Source: Kudoa neothunni (lineage: Eukaryota; Animalia; Cnidaria). Taken from it: DNA of 59,404 nucleotides. Numbering within the stretch: position 1 is the first letter of the stretch; each line of letters opens with the position of its first letter. The stretch is from the NCBI GenBank assembly GCA_964304625.1, contig OZ199840.1:8287053-8346456 (forward strand). The letters run 5' to 3'. Positions 27,791-42,298 of the stretch are shown here, piece after piece. The position numbers were made by a program, and so were the translations under genes. The notes beneath the pieces were generated by a model that saw only the letters and a list, made by a program, of their open reading frames with translations, was not told where the DNA came from and did not search any database.

Positions 27791-29031
27791 CAGTATTTCA
27801 AGACCTAAATGCAACTCGTCTAGATCAAAATGCAACCAATCTTTAATATACATTAGATCTTTTAATATGAAATTAATTGTTTATTGGATTTTTTAAATTA
27901 TAAAAACATTTTTGTATTAAAACCTGGTTTGAACACGTGCTGAGATAGATGTCGGATCAAAACACACCCTCATCAAATTATAATCAAAATAACCCAAATC
28001 AACGGAAATATGTGACATTACCTATGGACGTGCGAAATAGGGTTGTTAATTTAGCAAAAGTAATTGATTTTCGTTTGATTTCTTGTAAAATACCCTAGAA
28101 ATATACAAATGAGTACATAGCTGAGTCCATGGGTGTTCACAAATCAACGATTGGACGAATTTTAAGACGACATCAGGAAGGTGTTTGCCCGGTCAATAAA
28201 AAAGGCGGTGATCGACGATCAAAATTATCCGATGTGCACAAAGGATTCATTATAAATTTTGTAAATGATGATTGCACAATAAGTTTGTCGATGATTACCA
28301 AAAAACTCAAAGAAATACATAATATTCAAGTTACTAAGCAAACAGTTAGCAACTGCCTAAATCATTTCCACTATTCTTTAAAAAGAATATCACTTGTTCC
28401 AATCGCTAGAAATTCACCTGATGTTATATTAAAAAGAAAAAAGTTAGCTTAATTTTAATAAAAAATAAATTAAAACTTTATAGTTATGTTATGGAATATC
28501 TTCAATGTAGACCTAATCACCCGACTATCATTTACATTGACGAATCTGGATTTTCTCTATCCATGAGAAGGTCTTTTGGCAGGTCACCTGTAGGAGCTAG
28601 AGCAAACCTTAAAGTTAAATTTATCCGTTCAAAAAATGTTACATTAATTGCCGCTATATCATCAGAAAAGGTATGGACAACGTGAGGTTCCATAAAACTG
28701 ACATAATTATGCGAAAGATTGAAATTAATGGTCACAGACTCCTCTTCTTACCACCCTACATCCCCTTCTTGAACCCAATTGAGGAATTTTTTCATCAGTT
28801 AAAATCTATTGTACGCAATAAAAATCCTTCCACCCAAGAAGAACTGTTTAACGCCATTATGGAAGGGCCAGATGAAATTACATCCCAGCACTGTTTAAAC
28901 TATTGCAATCATTCGGAATCATATTTTACTTGTTGTTTAAACTCGGACATTATTGAAAATTAGAAATATGTTTCATTTTAAAAAAGTTGCATTTTGATTT
29001 AGACAAGTTGCATTTAGGTCTTGAAATACTG
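27791..29031 (+). mobile_element. Tc1/IS630-like DD34E transposon with intron-containing transposase, internally deleted
   Basis: 46-bp TIRs (27791-27836 and 28986-29031, 2 mismatches), TA TSD. ATG 27949; introns 28060-28098 and 28443-28483; HTH, IDESG, MDNV...NPIEE (D34E). The segment between LIAAIS and MDN is missing, with a frameshift. Confidence 0.92.
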
Positions 29032-30862
29032 TATTTGATTCTCGACTAACACTATATAAGTCACAATTTGTGAATTTCTTCAAAATAGTGATCTATAATT
29101 TTATGTCTTTTCTTACCTCTGTATCAAAAAGTTAACGTGGAACTAAAATAGATAAGCTTTGGTACGAAATGATCATAAGAGGTTTTATCGTACAAAGTTC
29201 CCTTTCAATGAAGCTACTTTTTACAGTATTCTTATTCTATCCACAATAATTATATTATTAGTCGGTATATTTCACATTTACTTTCGCAGGTGAGAAGACT
29301 TAATAAAAAAAAGTCTGTTAAGGTTAAGGGAGTGTGACCACCTTCTACACTTCTCACCTAATTTAACACTGCCACTAAATAAGATATAATTTGATTTAAA
29401 TGATATAGATTAATTACACAGAGTTATTATTAAATGGCTAAATTTTCAAATAAGAGTGGAATAAAGTGAAATGTGTTACTAATCTACCTGGATATTAGCA
29501 ATAGTGGCATTAACTAATAATCCATCGTATATTAGCGGCAATATCTATCGCGTTCTCTCGGTTGTCTAATAAATATTTTTTGACTCGGCGCCAACTGCGA
29601 GTGTAACAAAATGAAATAATCGAATTGGAATAATATGAAATATGTGAAAAAATAGTTCTCTGTAAATCAAATACAATGTTTAAGAAAGCGGGTCAAAATC
29701 AGAAAACGATCATTAATCTTAGGGGCAACTCTGGGAACTCCAACGAGAAATAAAAGTTGGTATTTACGACCAAACTAAATAATTGTCTATGATATAATCA
29801 TGAATATTTAAGAATCGGGTGATTACAGTCACATAATGAAGGATTTACCGACATTATAAATACTCATTGTGATATAACGAAGACGAAATTTTAAACATAC
29901 TGAATCCGGGAAATATATTCTGCATTGTGGTCAAAATATAATATTAAGCATGTTAGCGGAATAACAAAATCACCAATAATCACCTAAAGAATCCACAACG
30001 ATAGCACAAATCCTCTTGCAAAACTAATAGGATTATTTACCGAGAGTAACTTTTGATGATTTCGGCCGATGTGTTAAAAAAAGCTGTTGGCTGACGATTT
30101 TGTACTAAAATATATAAAATTGTTGGGAATGATTTATAGTATAAGCTGGATAGAATTTAGTAGTTATTTATTATGGATAGCTATTTGTTAGTTGTCGAGA
30201 GTAATACCAGGTTCGGATAATTTTACTTTATTGACCTAATGAAACGCATAATAAACACACTCACATGTACGATTATTGTTGATATCATTGTTTGGATATA
30301 TAATAAGAGTACCAACCGGATTATCCATCAACTTGATTAATTGTTTATGAAGATGGCGGTGACAACACAACACCTTAAATAGTGTTTACATTGGATATGA
30401 ATTCTAAAAAAAAAACTTGACTAACTCCAAATGTGTAATCGACTTAATGTAATCTGTTGCAATAAGAGTATGTGATGATGCTTTTTATGTTTTCTTGTCA
30501 GCAAATAACTGTTTATTTTACATCTGTCCTCTTCAAAAATAATTTTCCCAAAAACATATAATATTAAACTGATTCTGAAAGTGCAAACTGCAATATTTTC
30601 TAAATTAACCTAATAGAAAATAATAATCAATAAGAAGGATGAAGATTATTTCCCTGAATAGAAGGAAATTGTGGATTTATTCCTAAACCACATCGATCTC
30701 ATACTACTTTCGCGCGAATATATTAATAAAAGTTTATGCGAATCCAGCCTAAAACATGTGATGCTATTTGGTAGGTGGATTGACAGAGAAAACCACACAA
30801 AATAGTTTAAACATTGTCGTCAATCGTAATAAGATCACAGTGTCGGACCAGGTCGCATCCCA

Positions 30863-33800
30863 ATGGGTGGAAAGATAGAGCAACACTTTGAACAAATTAA
30901 GGATTTGAATTCATTACAGGTGAACTGTTGTTTATTAATTAATTTCCTAGTAGTTAGCGTGATTGTAAATTTGTCCGGCGTTTAATTAATTTATATGGAT
31001 TAAATGTTTGTTTATGATTTTGGTGGCCCTACTAAAATATATCGCAATTAATTTCATTTACTAGAATCCTATTGGGTTGTATGAGTTGTTGCAATGTGTT
31101 GGATCTGGAACCTATGGAAAAGTTTACAAAGTAACTAGTTAGTTAGACTCAACGACTATATTTGGGGCTCAAATTAATTGATTTGAGTTCGCCCAGCAAC
31201 ATTTTTATTAATAACCTTCCTACCACAGGCCATCCATAAATCGTCCAGTGTAGAAGTGGCTATAAAAGTGATGAATATTGATCCGGTAAACCATCAACAT
31301 TCATATTCATTTACGGTCATCTAATATTCTACGTATTTGCAGGAAGATGAACCAATCCTCATGGATGAGATAAACACATTGATACGCGTAACTTAACAAA
31401 AACTTCTCCATATGCATAGCTTGTGATGATATTCAATATTTCATATAGGCATCTGAACATGCTAATGTAGCTAAATTTTATGGTGCTTATGCCAAGCGTG
31501 AAACTGGGTCAATTATCCTTCAAGAACTATGGGTAAATAATACGGGTTTTATGATGCATAAGCATGATTTTGTTTTATCATAGATTTGTATGGAGTATTG
31601 TGGAAGAGGAGCTTTAAATAGTCTTATAAAAAGTAGTTTAACAACCACAACTTTATATTATTTGCGAAATCTGTTATCTAGAACTTTTGCCGGAACATTT
31701 CAAGGAGGACTGGATATCCTACGTTATTCAAGGAGTAATAATGGTACGTTGTTTTTATTACCCTCACACAAAGTGATATATTTTACGGTACGATTTTACA
31801 AATTTTAGGGGGTCAAATACCTACACGAACAGCACATCATACATAGGGATATCAAAAGTCATAACATTCTTATTACAGACAAAATTCGAGTCAAACTAGG
31901 TATTGTTTATTTGATTTAAATACATTACGTGTGTATTGGTGTTAACATCTTCAAAAACTCATATTAGTTATCCTATTTAAAGATTTGTTGATTTAAGCAC
32001 ATTCTAACTAAACATCATATTTTAAAAAACCAACTCTACTCAGTTATGTAATAATTAAATTGTTATAGTGGACTTTGGAGTGAGTGCTCATATGGAAAAA
32101 ACTCTCAATCGAAGAAACACTTTCATAGGCACCCCTTATTGGTAGGTTGTGTTTACGTAATTGAGTCGATTCAATCATTTTTAGGATGGCACCAGAAGTT
32201 ATATTATGCCAGGAGGAAGAGGACGGCAAAACCTACGATATTATGGTAAAATACGAGAAATAACAAATGCTTGTGATTAACAATTACACGTTTTCATACA
32301 CAGTGTGACATATGGTCGATCGCAATAACCTGCATAGAAATGGCGGAAGGAAAACCACGTATTTGTTGCTATTTGATTTTAGTGTAATTTTAGTTAGCCC
32401 TTTCTGACTGTCATCCAATGCGAGCGTTATTATTGATAGCCAAAAACAACCCTCCCAAATTGAAAGCGCCCGACTTATGGTCCTCAAAATTTCGAAGTTT
32501 TCTCGAATGCACTCTAGTGAAAGATCCTAGTAAAAGAATGCCGACGACTGAGCTTTTGCAGGTAATTGTGAACTTTTAGCGTAGGAACTTTACCAAATGC
32601 TTTAATCCAGCATCCATTTGTTACTCGATGCACCAAAGAGTTGGCCAAAAAGGTTATTCGTGAAATAAAAGATGTATTTGAAACTACCAATGGTACGTAT
32701 TTGTTTTGGATTTATTATTGATGAGTGTGTCACGTTTTCTAAATTTGTATGTGTATTTAGCTGGAACTCCAGCAATTAGAAAATCTGGGTTGGATGATCC
32801 ACAAGAGTTCCTCAGTAATCAGAGTGAGACTTTGGTTGAGGAGTAAGTAGAATACATTTGAGATTCTTTCTAACACGAGTTTCTTTATAAGAATTGACAC
32901 TCTTGCTGATTGTATGTCGTTACGACTTAAGCTGGCGCAAATTCAGGGACTAAATTTGGATTCCGGCTCATCCCAGTCCCTAAATGATGACGGATCTGTG
33001 CAGGACGAAGATGATTCTGGAATTAAAACTATTCTACGAGTCAAAAACAAAGATATTGACATAGTGCCTCCAAAGGAAGCTCCAAAAAAACTAAGCATCA
33101 CAGATATTTTCAAACCGAAAAAACGCCATGATCGAACAGAGTCATCCACAAAAATAACCACGAGTATAGGTGCACGATTTGAGGAATCTATTCACTCGTT
33201 TATACACCCTTACCTTGAAAAAAGTCAAAATCCTAAAGCAGAATCAGTTGAACAAGATCCTGCGGTACAAGTAAGCATCTTTTTTTTGACAACAATTGAA
33301 TTAATTGTTTAGAAACTTTTTAAATGTATTGAATGAATGTTCCAACGGAGATATCCATGATTATCTAAAGTTTCACAAAGCTGAACACGAACTGATACCG
33401 GTATATTCAATTTGAATTTTTTTTTTATTTATTGTTTTCACATTTATTGAAAACATATGTTGAATTTAATGACAATAATGATTATTATAATAATTATATT
33501 TATGCTACTATTAGGTTCGGTATAAAACCAAATTAAAGTCTCAAATAAATTCAGCCTGCTTTTGGGGTAAACTTACGTTTGGTTTCCAAATCGTATATCA
33601 CAACTTTCTCTTGATAGGAATGAACATGATTCTGGCTACCGATATCGGACTGTATTTTTTGGATCGAAGCAATTCCGGAATAAGTTATTCTTAATATTTA
33701 CCCACAGAATAAAAATTGATCCTTATTTTTTGCAGTTACCTGTCTGGTACAAGGTGTTATGTTCCAAAAAGTTGATATTATAGAAAATCACGGTATGCTA

Positions 33801-35047
33801 GTATGCACATCAGGTAAATGATACTATTATCAAATTTTTCTTTTCACTCAATAAAAACAATAATCACTTGTGTAGGAGCGAATCGTCAAATATGTATCTA
33901 CAGCCTGCTGTCCTTTGAACAATATCTGGGGTTGAAAGGAGGCTCCTTTAAGGTAGAGAAATCACAAACTTTTTCTCAAATATTCGATTCCCATAGAAAA
34001 AAGACAAGGTCGAATTTACAACTTTGAATGGATTGGCCAATTGCCATGCCTACAAAAATTGGTATGTTTGATTATTTTTTAACTTTTTTCAAATGAATAA
34101 TAGTATTTGTGCACAATGTGTTGATGTTGATTGCCGCTGTCGAGAAAGACATTGAAATTTTTGCTTGGGCAGCTGGAAAAGAGCAACGTTTTATGCCATT
34201 AAAAGTAACCTAAGTCTATTATCTATAAAAATAAGTCCAACATTATTTGCTTTGTTATCACTGATTTTTTAGTCATACACCAATCTTCCACACACCCCTT
34301 TGAGTATTTACGCTGGAATCAAAAATAAAAAAGTTCTAACCATATTTTACATATCCGAGATTGGTATGCTGGTTGATTGATTGTATAACATTTAACATGG
34401 ATTTGAATTTTCTTTAGGATTTCATGGATTTGAGTTTGGTAAAGGCGAAGTTTACGATATCTGGCTCCCTAGACATGTACGCCCTCGAATAACCGCCACT
34501 TTTATTTATTATAACTTTATCTATTTCTTAAATATAGGGATACAGTTGTAGTTGTCATTGTATGCTTATTTATAGCGATAAGAGTATACAACGTTTCTTT
34601 CTTGTTGCCAATAGTAACAATTTAACATTTTTTTTCGCGATAAAATCATTCGGCACATAGATGAAGTAAAAGAGGCCATATTTGAAAATACAATCACCAT
34701 TTTACATGTATTCTCGTATAAATCGATTCCATCGTTCATAGGTATGAAATTCGACATTGAGAAAGTTTTTAATGAGTTTTTGGATTATATAGCTCCATTC
34801 CAAAACTCAGCGTTTATATTGGCAATGGTGGGATGATTATATCGAAATTAGACACATTATCAACGGTCATATTCGATCATCTTATGTATTAGATAAAATG
34901 TATGCACTGAAATATCTATCCCAGAGAAACGATAAAGTAAGCATCTACTATTGTGGAGGATTGGTGTGTTTGATAATACGTGTAGATTTTCCTGTTCGAC
35001 CACAAGCCACCCCATGCCGTATGTATACTGTGTTGATGCGATGGTAG
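30863..35047 (+). CDS. Misshapen/MAP4K4/TNIK/MINK-type STE20 kinase with C-terminal CNH domain, multi-exon
   Basis: VGSGTYGKVYK, AIKVM, MEYCG, IIHRDIK..NIL, VDFGVSA...RRNTFIGTPYWMAPEVI, HPMRAL; CNH motifs FWG.N...TD.GL.FLDRS, IFAWA....RFM..K and GFH; ends ...MRW*. Confidence 0.92.
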
Positions 35048-36351
35048 GATGTAAATTACTTGGCTTCAATTAGTATTATATATTGTTGACAATTTTTAAA
35101 TTACAAATTTATAAAAATTAATTTGAATGTGTTTTTCTTTTCTTATTACCAGCGGATTATTTGTTTATCTTGTTATATATCTTGTGAATATTTTGGAGTA
35201 TTAAAAAATAGAAAAAAATTAATCGTTTGAGTCACGTAAATTTTGACGAATGGTTAAGGTTATCATTGTAACATTTTTATTAAAGTCTCGCCTTCACATA
35301 TTATTTATCATATTTTCAATAACGCGATTTAGAGGTTTTCTGACAAAGTTAAAAAAATATTGTTAATAAATCATTCATATTTTAAAAGAAGGAACATAAA
35401 TTTTGTATAATGTGTTGTATACGGAATTATATTTATGAAATTGAGTGCATAATTCTTTAATGCCCAATTTTTTTACAACCTGCCGATAACATATCCTGTT
35501 AAAGTGATTAGTTATAACGGTTTAGAAAGTAAAAATTCTCAAAACATTTTGGTCAGCCATTTTATCAAATTTTCAGGAAAAAGTGAAAATTCAATGATAT
35601 GTTTTAAATGCACTCAAAATTTATCTTGTATCCGAGTTGTAAACGATAGTTCGGTATAATCAATATATTTAAATTGATCAGTTATTTAACGCACGCGCAT
35701 TATTTTAGTCAACTTTCCGTTTTCAAAATTATTCCACATCTAAACTTATTTAAAGCTGAAGCTCTAAAAAAAGGTACAATAGATTGAATTTTAGTATATA
35801 TATATATATATTTTATTGCATTTAAGCAGACATATTATGTAATTACAAACAATGACGATAATTATTTATTATAGATAATACACAACAATAATCCCCAAAT
35901 ACTTTTTTATAATTAAAAAAACTTTTAAATAAATTCAGATATTTTAAAATATGACATATAATATCAAATAATGTCTTTTATGGATTATATTACGATTATG
36001 TCCGCAAATAAATTACATTGTTTATAATGGCGCCATTTTAAAATTTTGAGTGCATATTCTGGCTTTAAAATTCATTAAAATTATTATATATTTTTTTAAA
36101 TAGATAAAAATCACAAAACGTTTTTAAACTATTTTAGAGAGAATATTCAAATTAGAGTGCCATATAGGCGTATTTTTTCTGTTATTTATAATTTAAATGA
36201 AAATTAGGGCACGAACAGGTCTAAAAGTAGATTGCGGCCTTTAAACAGAAATTTTAACAGTAAAAATATTAAAAAATGAAGAAATAATATAGTGATATAT
36301 CAACATAAGCAAAAAATAACAAACAGATGAAAATTAAAAACAAATAAAAAT

Positions 36352-37726
36352 CTATTTCTTTGGCATGTTAACTCTTGAAAAATTTGAGACAGCATTGCTA
36401 TTTTTGGGCGTAATGATTGTACATATTTTCGTGATTTTTTTTATTTATAGTTTCAAAAATTGATGTAAGAGATTTTCTAATATCTAATACGTAAATAGAA
36501 AGTTATTAATTTTCAATAAGTTGAAGAAAAATTTACTGTTTGAATCACTTTCGATTTGATCCAGATTAAACTTGGTTATTTTGGTGGTGAATAACTTGCT
36601 TTTAAGTAGCTTTTTTAGTTACAACGAACACAATGTATTAATAATGATGAATATGGTAAAGAGCTAAAACAGGAAAATATTTAGTACCACAGCGACACAA
36701 AATTAACGGTGTTCTTACAGCGGGTTGGGTTTGAAGAATAAACAATAACAACAAACCAACTGGTAAAAGCAGAATTTTTTTATTCACAGATTTGTACTAT
36801 TTACCCAATCATCAAAAGACTATTAAAAGAATAAAAACACTCACCAATGAGATCATTAGACATCCTACATAGATAGTAGGTAGAGCCCCATATGGATCAC
36901 ACTCCACGCAATTATTAAACCACAAGGCGCCCTTATTAGCGAAATAGTCAGGAGGCACCGATCTAATACACCCCCGAATTATCCAAAACGGCAGAATTCT
37001 AGTAAAAATTATTCCTGCTTCCTAAAAATTCATCTTCACTTTATAAAAAAATATAAAATTACATTGGCAACGATTAGAAATGATGTTTTCACAACACTAA
37101 CCATGTCTTTGGAACCACGATGTACTATTTCGTTATTTTCTACCTTGTCTCTTAGTGAAAATGCATATTTTTCAATTGTTCCATATTTTTCACGTTGTTT
37201 ATATCTGAAATATACATCTAGAATAGAGTTCAACGATGATATCCTTATAACAACGGATTTATTCACATGGAATTTTCGATAGAATATTTATAACAAAAAT
37301 TGGCAATATCTGAACACCACAGGCCAAATAAATGATTCCTTCACACTGTACGCGGTGATAAATGGTTTGATTGCCATGTAACATATCCAAGAGAAAACCC
37401 CCTCAAAAGAAGGTTCCTCCAATTCCAACATCGTATCCACAGAGCCCAAATTGCTGGGAGTGCCTTGATCCATTTTTCATGGATGATATATCACCAACCA
37501 ATTTCATGCTATTATCGTCGTGATGTGGATATTTTTAGTAGATTCGAAAGGATCAATGTCCCATGGTGTAATAGGGTTATTAATATTAGATGAAGACATT
37601 TGTTTAAATTGGATTATTCTTGCCGTATGGCGTAGAATATTCCCGTAGAAATTCTAGTTTATATTTATCATTAACATTTGAGTTATTGTGTGGTACTTTA
37701 GGGAGGCAAACGTAACGAAGAATCAT
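36352..37726 (-). pseudogene. OXA1/COX18 (YidC/Oxa1 family) mitochondrial insertase, apparently disrupted
   Basis: Presequence-like MILRYVCLPKNFYGNILRHTARIIQFKQMSS; family motif ILPFWII...GALWFNNCVECDPYGALP (cf. GGxLWFxDLTxxDPxxxLP). In-frame TAA at 36619-36621 and TGAs at 37477-37479 and 37504-37506 under the simplest exon model. Confidence 0.6.
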
Positions 37727-38196
37727 TTTGCGCGTGATTGCGCGTGCGTGGATAATTAAATTTAATATTAAAATTTTATGGGTTTATTCCATTATTTAAT
37801 CTTCATTATAGAAAATTTTTGTTATTAAATAAGAATTGTAATTAATTAAACATAGAAAAATATTAAATCGTAAATTTCATCGAACAATCAATAATACAGC
37901 CCTTCCTAAAAATATATTTTTTGTTATAATCTAGTTAATTATTAATTTAATATTAATTATATCATTATCTCGAAACAGCGTTGTATGAAATTTTAATATT
38001 TAATCCTTAATATAATTCAAACAATTGGTAAGACATCTGTTGAAATCCCAATCAAACGCAATATATGCAATGCAATGCAATAATAATTAATTCTTTTTAC
38101 TTGGGATAAAATATTTCAAGACGAACTCTGTTTAATATAAAATTTACCCGTACAATTAAAGAATGAATTTTACTGAATAATATATATATATATACA

Positions 38197-39321
38197 CAGT
38201 ATTTCAAGATCAACTTGCAAATGAGGCGAATAAAATTGCAATCGGCGCTCGCGTTAAAAAAGATGCCGGACGACTGTTCGAGCGACTCGGACTTTTCAAC
38301 TTTTACAATTGGAATTCCACCGAGAAAATAATATTCAAAACTTTCTTCGGCCACATGAGCAGTTATTGTTAAATTTGACTATGTTTGATTAGGCGAATTT
38401 GAAATTATGTTAAATTTTATTTTTAAGAGGGAAAATACAAAACAACAGATTGCTGAAGTCATCCTAATACTGTAGGTCGAATGATAAAACAATTCGACGC
38501 TACATTTAACGATTCTAAAAAAATACTTTAATGTCTCGACTCCGATTGCACTATCACCTTAAAATCACTTGCAGATGCATTAAAAACAAAATACCAAATA
38601 AATTCGTCGAGAAAAACTATAAGAATTTTTTGGGGGGGAGTTTCCATTACTCCATAAAACAATATCACTAGTCTATGTCGGCCGAGAATATAATTAAAAG
38701 AAAAAGGTGTTGTTAATTTAATTTTAATCTAAATGTTTTTAGTTATATTTTATAATGTCATAATTTACAACCAGAGTTACCTCATATTATGTTTGTTTGT
38801 GTTCATCGGTGAATCGGGATTTTCGCGTCAATGCGAAGAACCTTTGGTCGATCATTAATTGGAACTCGATCAAAGAATATCATTCGGGTTGCAGCTATCG
38901 CCTAGCCTACACCAAACTTTGGACCTTCAAATTATGTGAATGATCAATGAATTCGATAATTTTTTGGATTATGTTATTCAACTTTTCTCGGATTTTGATG
39001 AAAATAACTTTCCAAATTCATTAATAAAAATTGACGACGTGAAATTTCATAAAACTGATGCTGTCGTGGAGCATTATTAATATCAGTAGAAACAAAGTTC
39101 CCTCTGTTCCACCGTGTTACCCTTTCTTAAATCCCGTTGAGGAGTTATTTCATCAACTTAAATCTATTGTTAGGAGCAGAAATGCACGAAATAAAAATGA
39201 TTTGATTACAGCAATAGAGAACTCACCACAAGAAATGTCTTATCAGCCATGCTCAAATTATTTGAAACATGCAGAGACATACTTCGCTAGATACCTTAAT
39301 TCGGAAATTATAGAAAATTAA
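38197..39321 (+). mobile_element. Decayed copy of a related intron-containing Tc1-like transposon
   Basis: Left TIR CAGTATTTCAAGA; fragments FHYSIKTISLV, IGESG, DDVKFHKTD, PFLNPVEELFHQLKSIVR...IIEN*; intron after KRK as in the 27.8-kb copy. Confidence 0.8.
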
Positions 39322-41376
39322 CCATTATATATTATTTTTTGTCATATTGAGAATAAATTTCTTGTTTAGGGACAGCCTTTTGCATCGTATTAAACTAACG
39401 AATGAAATTGCGTAAAAATTTAGAAATCAAAATAAACTTTTATAAATGGGACTTCTTGGATGGGAAATATTAATTATCTTCAAGCAGTATTTATTAATAA
39501 ATAATTTCTTCTAGAAAAATGCCTATATGTGATTTTACGTAATTGTTGTAAACCTAAATAAGGATTTTTATAAATATATGAAAGATTCGCTGAGTAATAT
39601 TATGTCTTCAATGCATAAAGTTACGTAAAATTTTGTTTATTTTGAAATAATGATATTATGTCAAAATAAAGACAAAAATTGAATTATTCAAATTTTCTCA
39701 TTTTTTAATTATTAAAGTAAATTTATAAATTTAACTACAAATTTTTAAATAAACCTATGTTGATTTAATTAAGTAAAGTTGGTTATAATCTTAGAGTTCG
39801 GCTCCATTTGACATATTATACATGCGCACGCATCAATTGCTATTTGATGTTGAAATACCGTGTGAATAAATGGTTAAAAAATTAAGAACGGTAAATTCGA
39901 CATCATAAATAGATAGAATAAGCTCTAAACTATTTATAATTTATAATTTACAATTAACGTTTTTTTAATTTTTTATCGTTGGTTTCGTTGAATTAATATT
40001 AATTGGTTGAATATTAGCTATTTGGCTAAGTAATTTCAATTAACACTATCGAAATACAACAAAATTTTATGAATTAGTGATTTTTTTACCGAAAATAAAA
40101 TTATTTCAAATACATTATTCAATTGTTTAGCTAAAATGAAATTTAAATTTACATTAATTAAATTGAATAGTTTGTAATTTATTAGTGTCATTATTTATGA
40201 GATATAATTGGACTGTACCAGATACATTATTTTATTTACAAATTTCCTTTAAACCATAATATATTTATATTTAAAAATAGATAGATAAAAAGACATCCAA
40301 TATAAATTTCTTATTAAAAATTAGATACAATATGAGCGATAATTGATTGAAAATTAATCTATAAGAAAAATAAAAACTATTAAGAAAAGTATGTATAAAT
40401 TTTATGAAATATATTAAATGCAGAGGGGAAGACATCAAACGCCCCCCTACGTGGATAGCAAAAATAGTGTAAAATTACAATTCTACAATTTGAAATGATG
40501 CAGCACATTACTTTAGAATGGTTGAAAATATTCATTATTTATTTTATCATTATCTCTTTTGGATTTTTTAAAATGAAAAAAGTAAACGACTAATGTACAC
40601 CGAAATAACACAGCTCACACCGGTAATAACCGTACTCTCTAGAAATTACTAAAATATCATTTATTCGATATTTGACCGTATTTTCTTGAATAATTAAGTT
40701 AAATTCATGACGGTAACATCCAGTTATTTTCCAACTCTCCTACTTGTAAATATGGTTTACACATGACCAACACCTTACTTCAAGTTATACAAATCAGAAA
40801 CTAATAAAAAACATTAATAGATAATATTTATTTAAATAAACCCATCATTTATTAAAATATCAGGTAAGAAGTAAATTTATTACAACTTTAGATAAAAATA
40901 TCCGCCTATGTAATAATTTAATTATATTATACCATCAATATATTGACTAATAAAAATACATTAATTGGAAAAAATGCAAAAATCGTGACAAATAATATAC
41001 TTACTCACTTGTACAGTTCAACAATTAGAAATATTTAATATTTTGATTAGAGATTTAAGTAAATACTACCCCAAGTTACTTCGAGAAAATGTTCTATGCT
41101 TGTATTTTTATATACGAGTGAAGGTTTTTGTTATAAACATTTCAAATTTATAATTATAATCAAACAAAAAGAAAGGACGAGTGAAACTGTATACAAAAAA
41201 CTGTTTAAAAGAATTACAACACGTTTTCTAAATAATAAAAGACTCAAGAGAGATAAAAATTCGCAAAATGAATTTTCAATTAAATGCGCATTGATAATGC
41301 TCTAGCAATCAATATTTGGCATACTTTTCAAAAAAACCACTAATTAAATAAATAGTTAAGTGGTTGTAATATATAG

Positions 41377-42298
41377 CTATTCAGAGTAATCAATATCTTC
41401 ACTAGAACTATTGTATTCGTTGTTACGGTTTGTGCGAGACGATGCTCCAAATATGGACGATGATATTTGAGTTTTCTTCTTCCTACGTTGTTCTATTGGA
41501 TCCCGAGTCATACTTGATTTGATGACTCCGATTGACGATAATGCCCATTCAAGACCTAAAAATGCAACCAACTCGTCAAAATGCCAACTCAAAATATCCT
41601 AATAATACATTCGGCTGAATTTCTCAGTGTATAATTTTGAAACTGATAATCTCCAACAAATCCGTGGAAAAGAGCAGTATTTTTAAACACGAAAATAGTT
41701 GGAATATTTTTATCGGGATAATCTTTGATGCATTCGGTGGCAACCCCTCTCAAGAATTTAATTTGAGGAAATTTGGTTGCCAACTGATTGAGTGACTCAT
41801 TTATTAATTTACATTTTTCAACGCTAAATAAAAATAAATCAAACCTCATTGTTAAATTTAAATGGAATTACTATGATTGATAGAGATGTAATACAACCCA
41901 TACATCTTCACCAGCTCCATTCACCTCTTCGTTATAGTTTGAAGCAGTGATCTCAGTGACAGTACCAAACCTATGAGCTGCTTTCAGGCTTTTCAATTCT
42001 GCCAATCTCTTTTTTCTATATAGATAAGGTTTTGCAATCTACGTTGGAACTGGAAAAAAATTTCTAACCTTATTTGTTCTAACTGAGACTCTTCAATAGA
42101 ATCCTCGGCTTCGTTTAATTGTTCCAGCGTAAAATTTTCAACATTGCTGGCCTCATTTTGTTTCTCAATATAATTGTCGATTGTTTCGTTGGCGAGGGAT
42201 AAAAACTGTTCTTCGGTTATCTCCTTGTTTTTGTTTGGAATGATGCCATGTTTTCTTAAAACATCATTCCATTCAGTGTCCAAATTAGGATCCTGCAT
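41377..42298 (-). CDS. PDCL3: Phosducin-like protein 3 (VIAF), 4 exons
   Basis: MQDPNLDTEWNDVLRKHGIIP, WVVLHLY, LATKFPQIKFL, CIKDYPDKNIPTIFV, LEWALS. Confidence 0.95.

Noticed and set aside
29520-30400. Possible BED-finger/hAT relic
   Set aside because: Only faint fragments (LCGQ..SG.T..NHLK); not supportable by eye.
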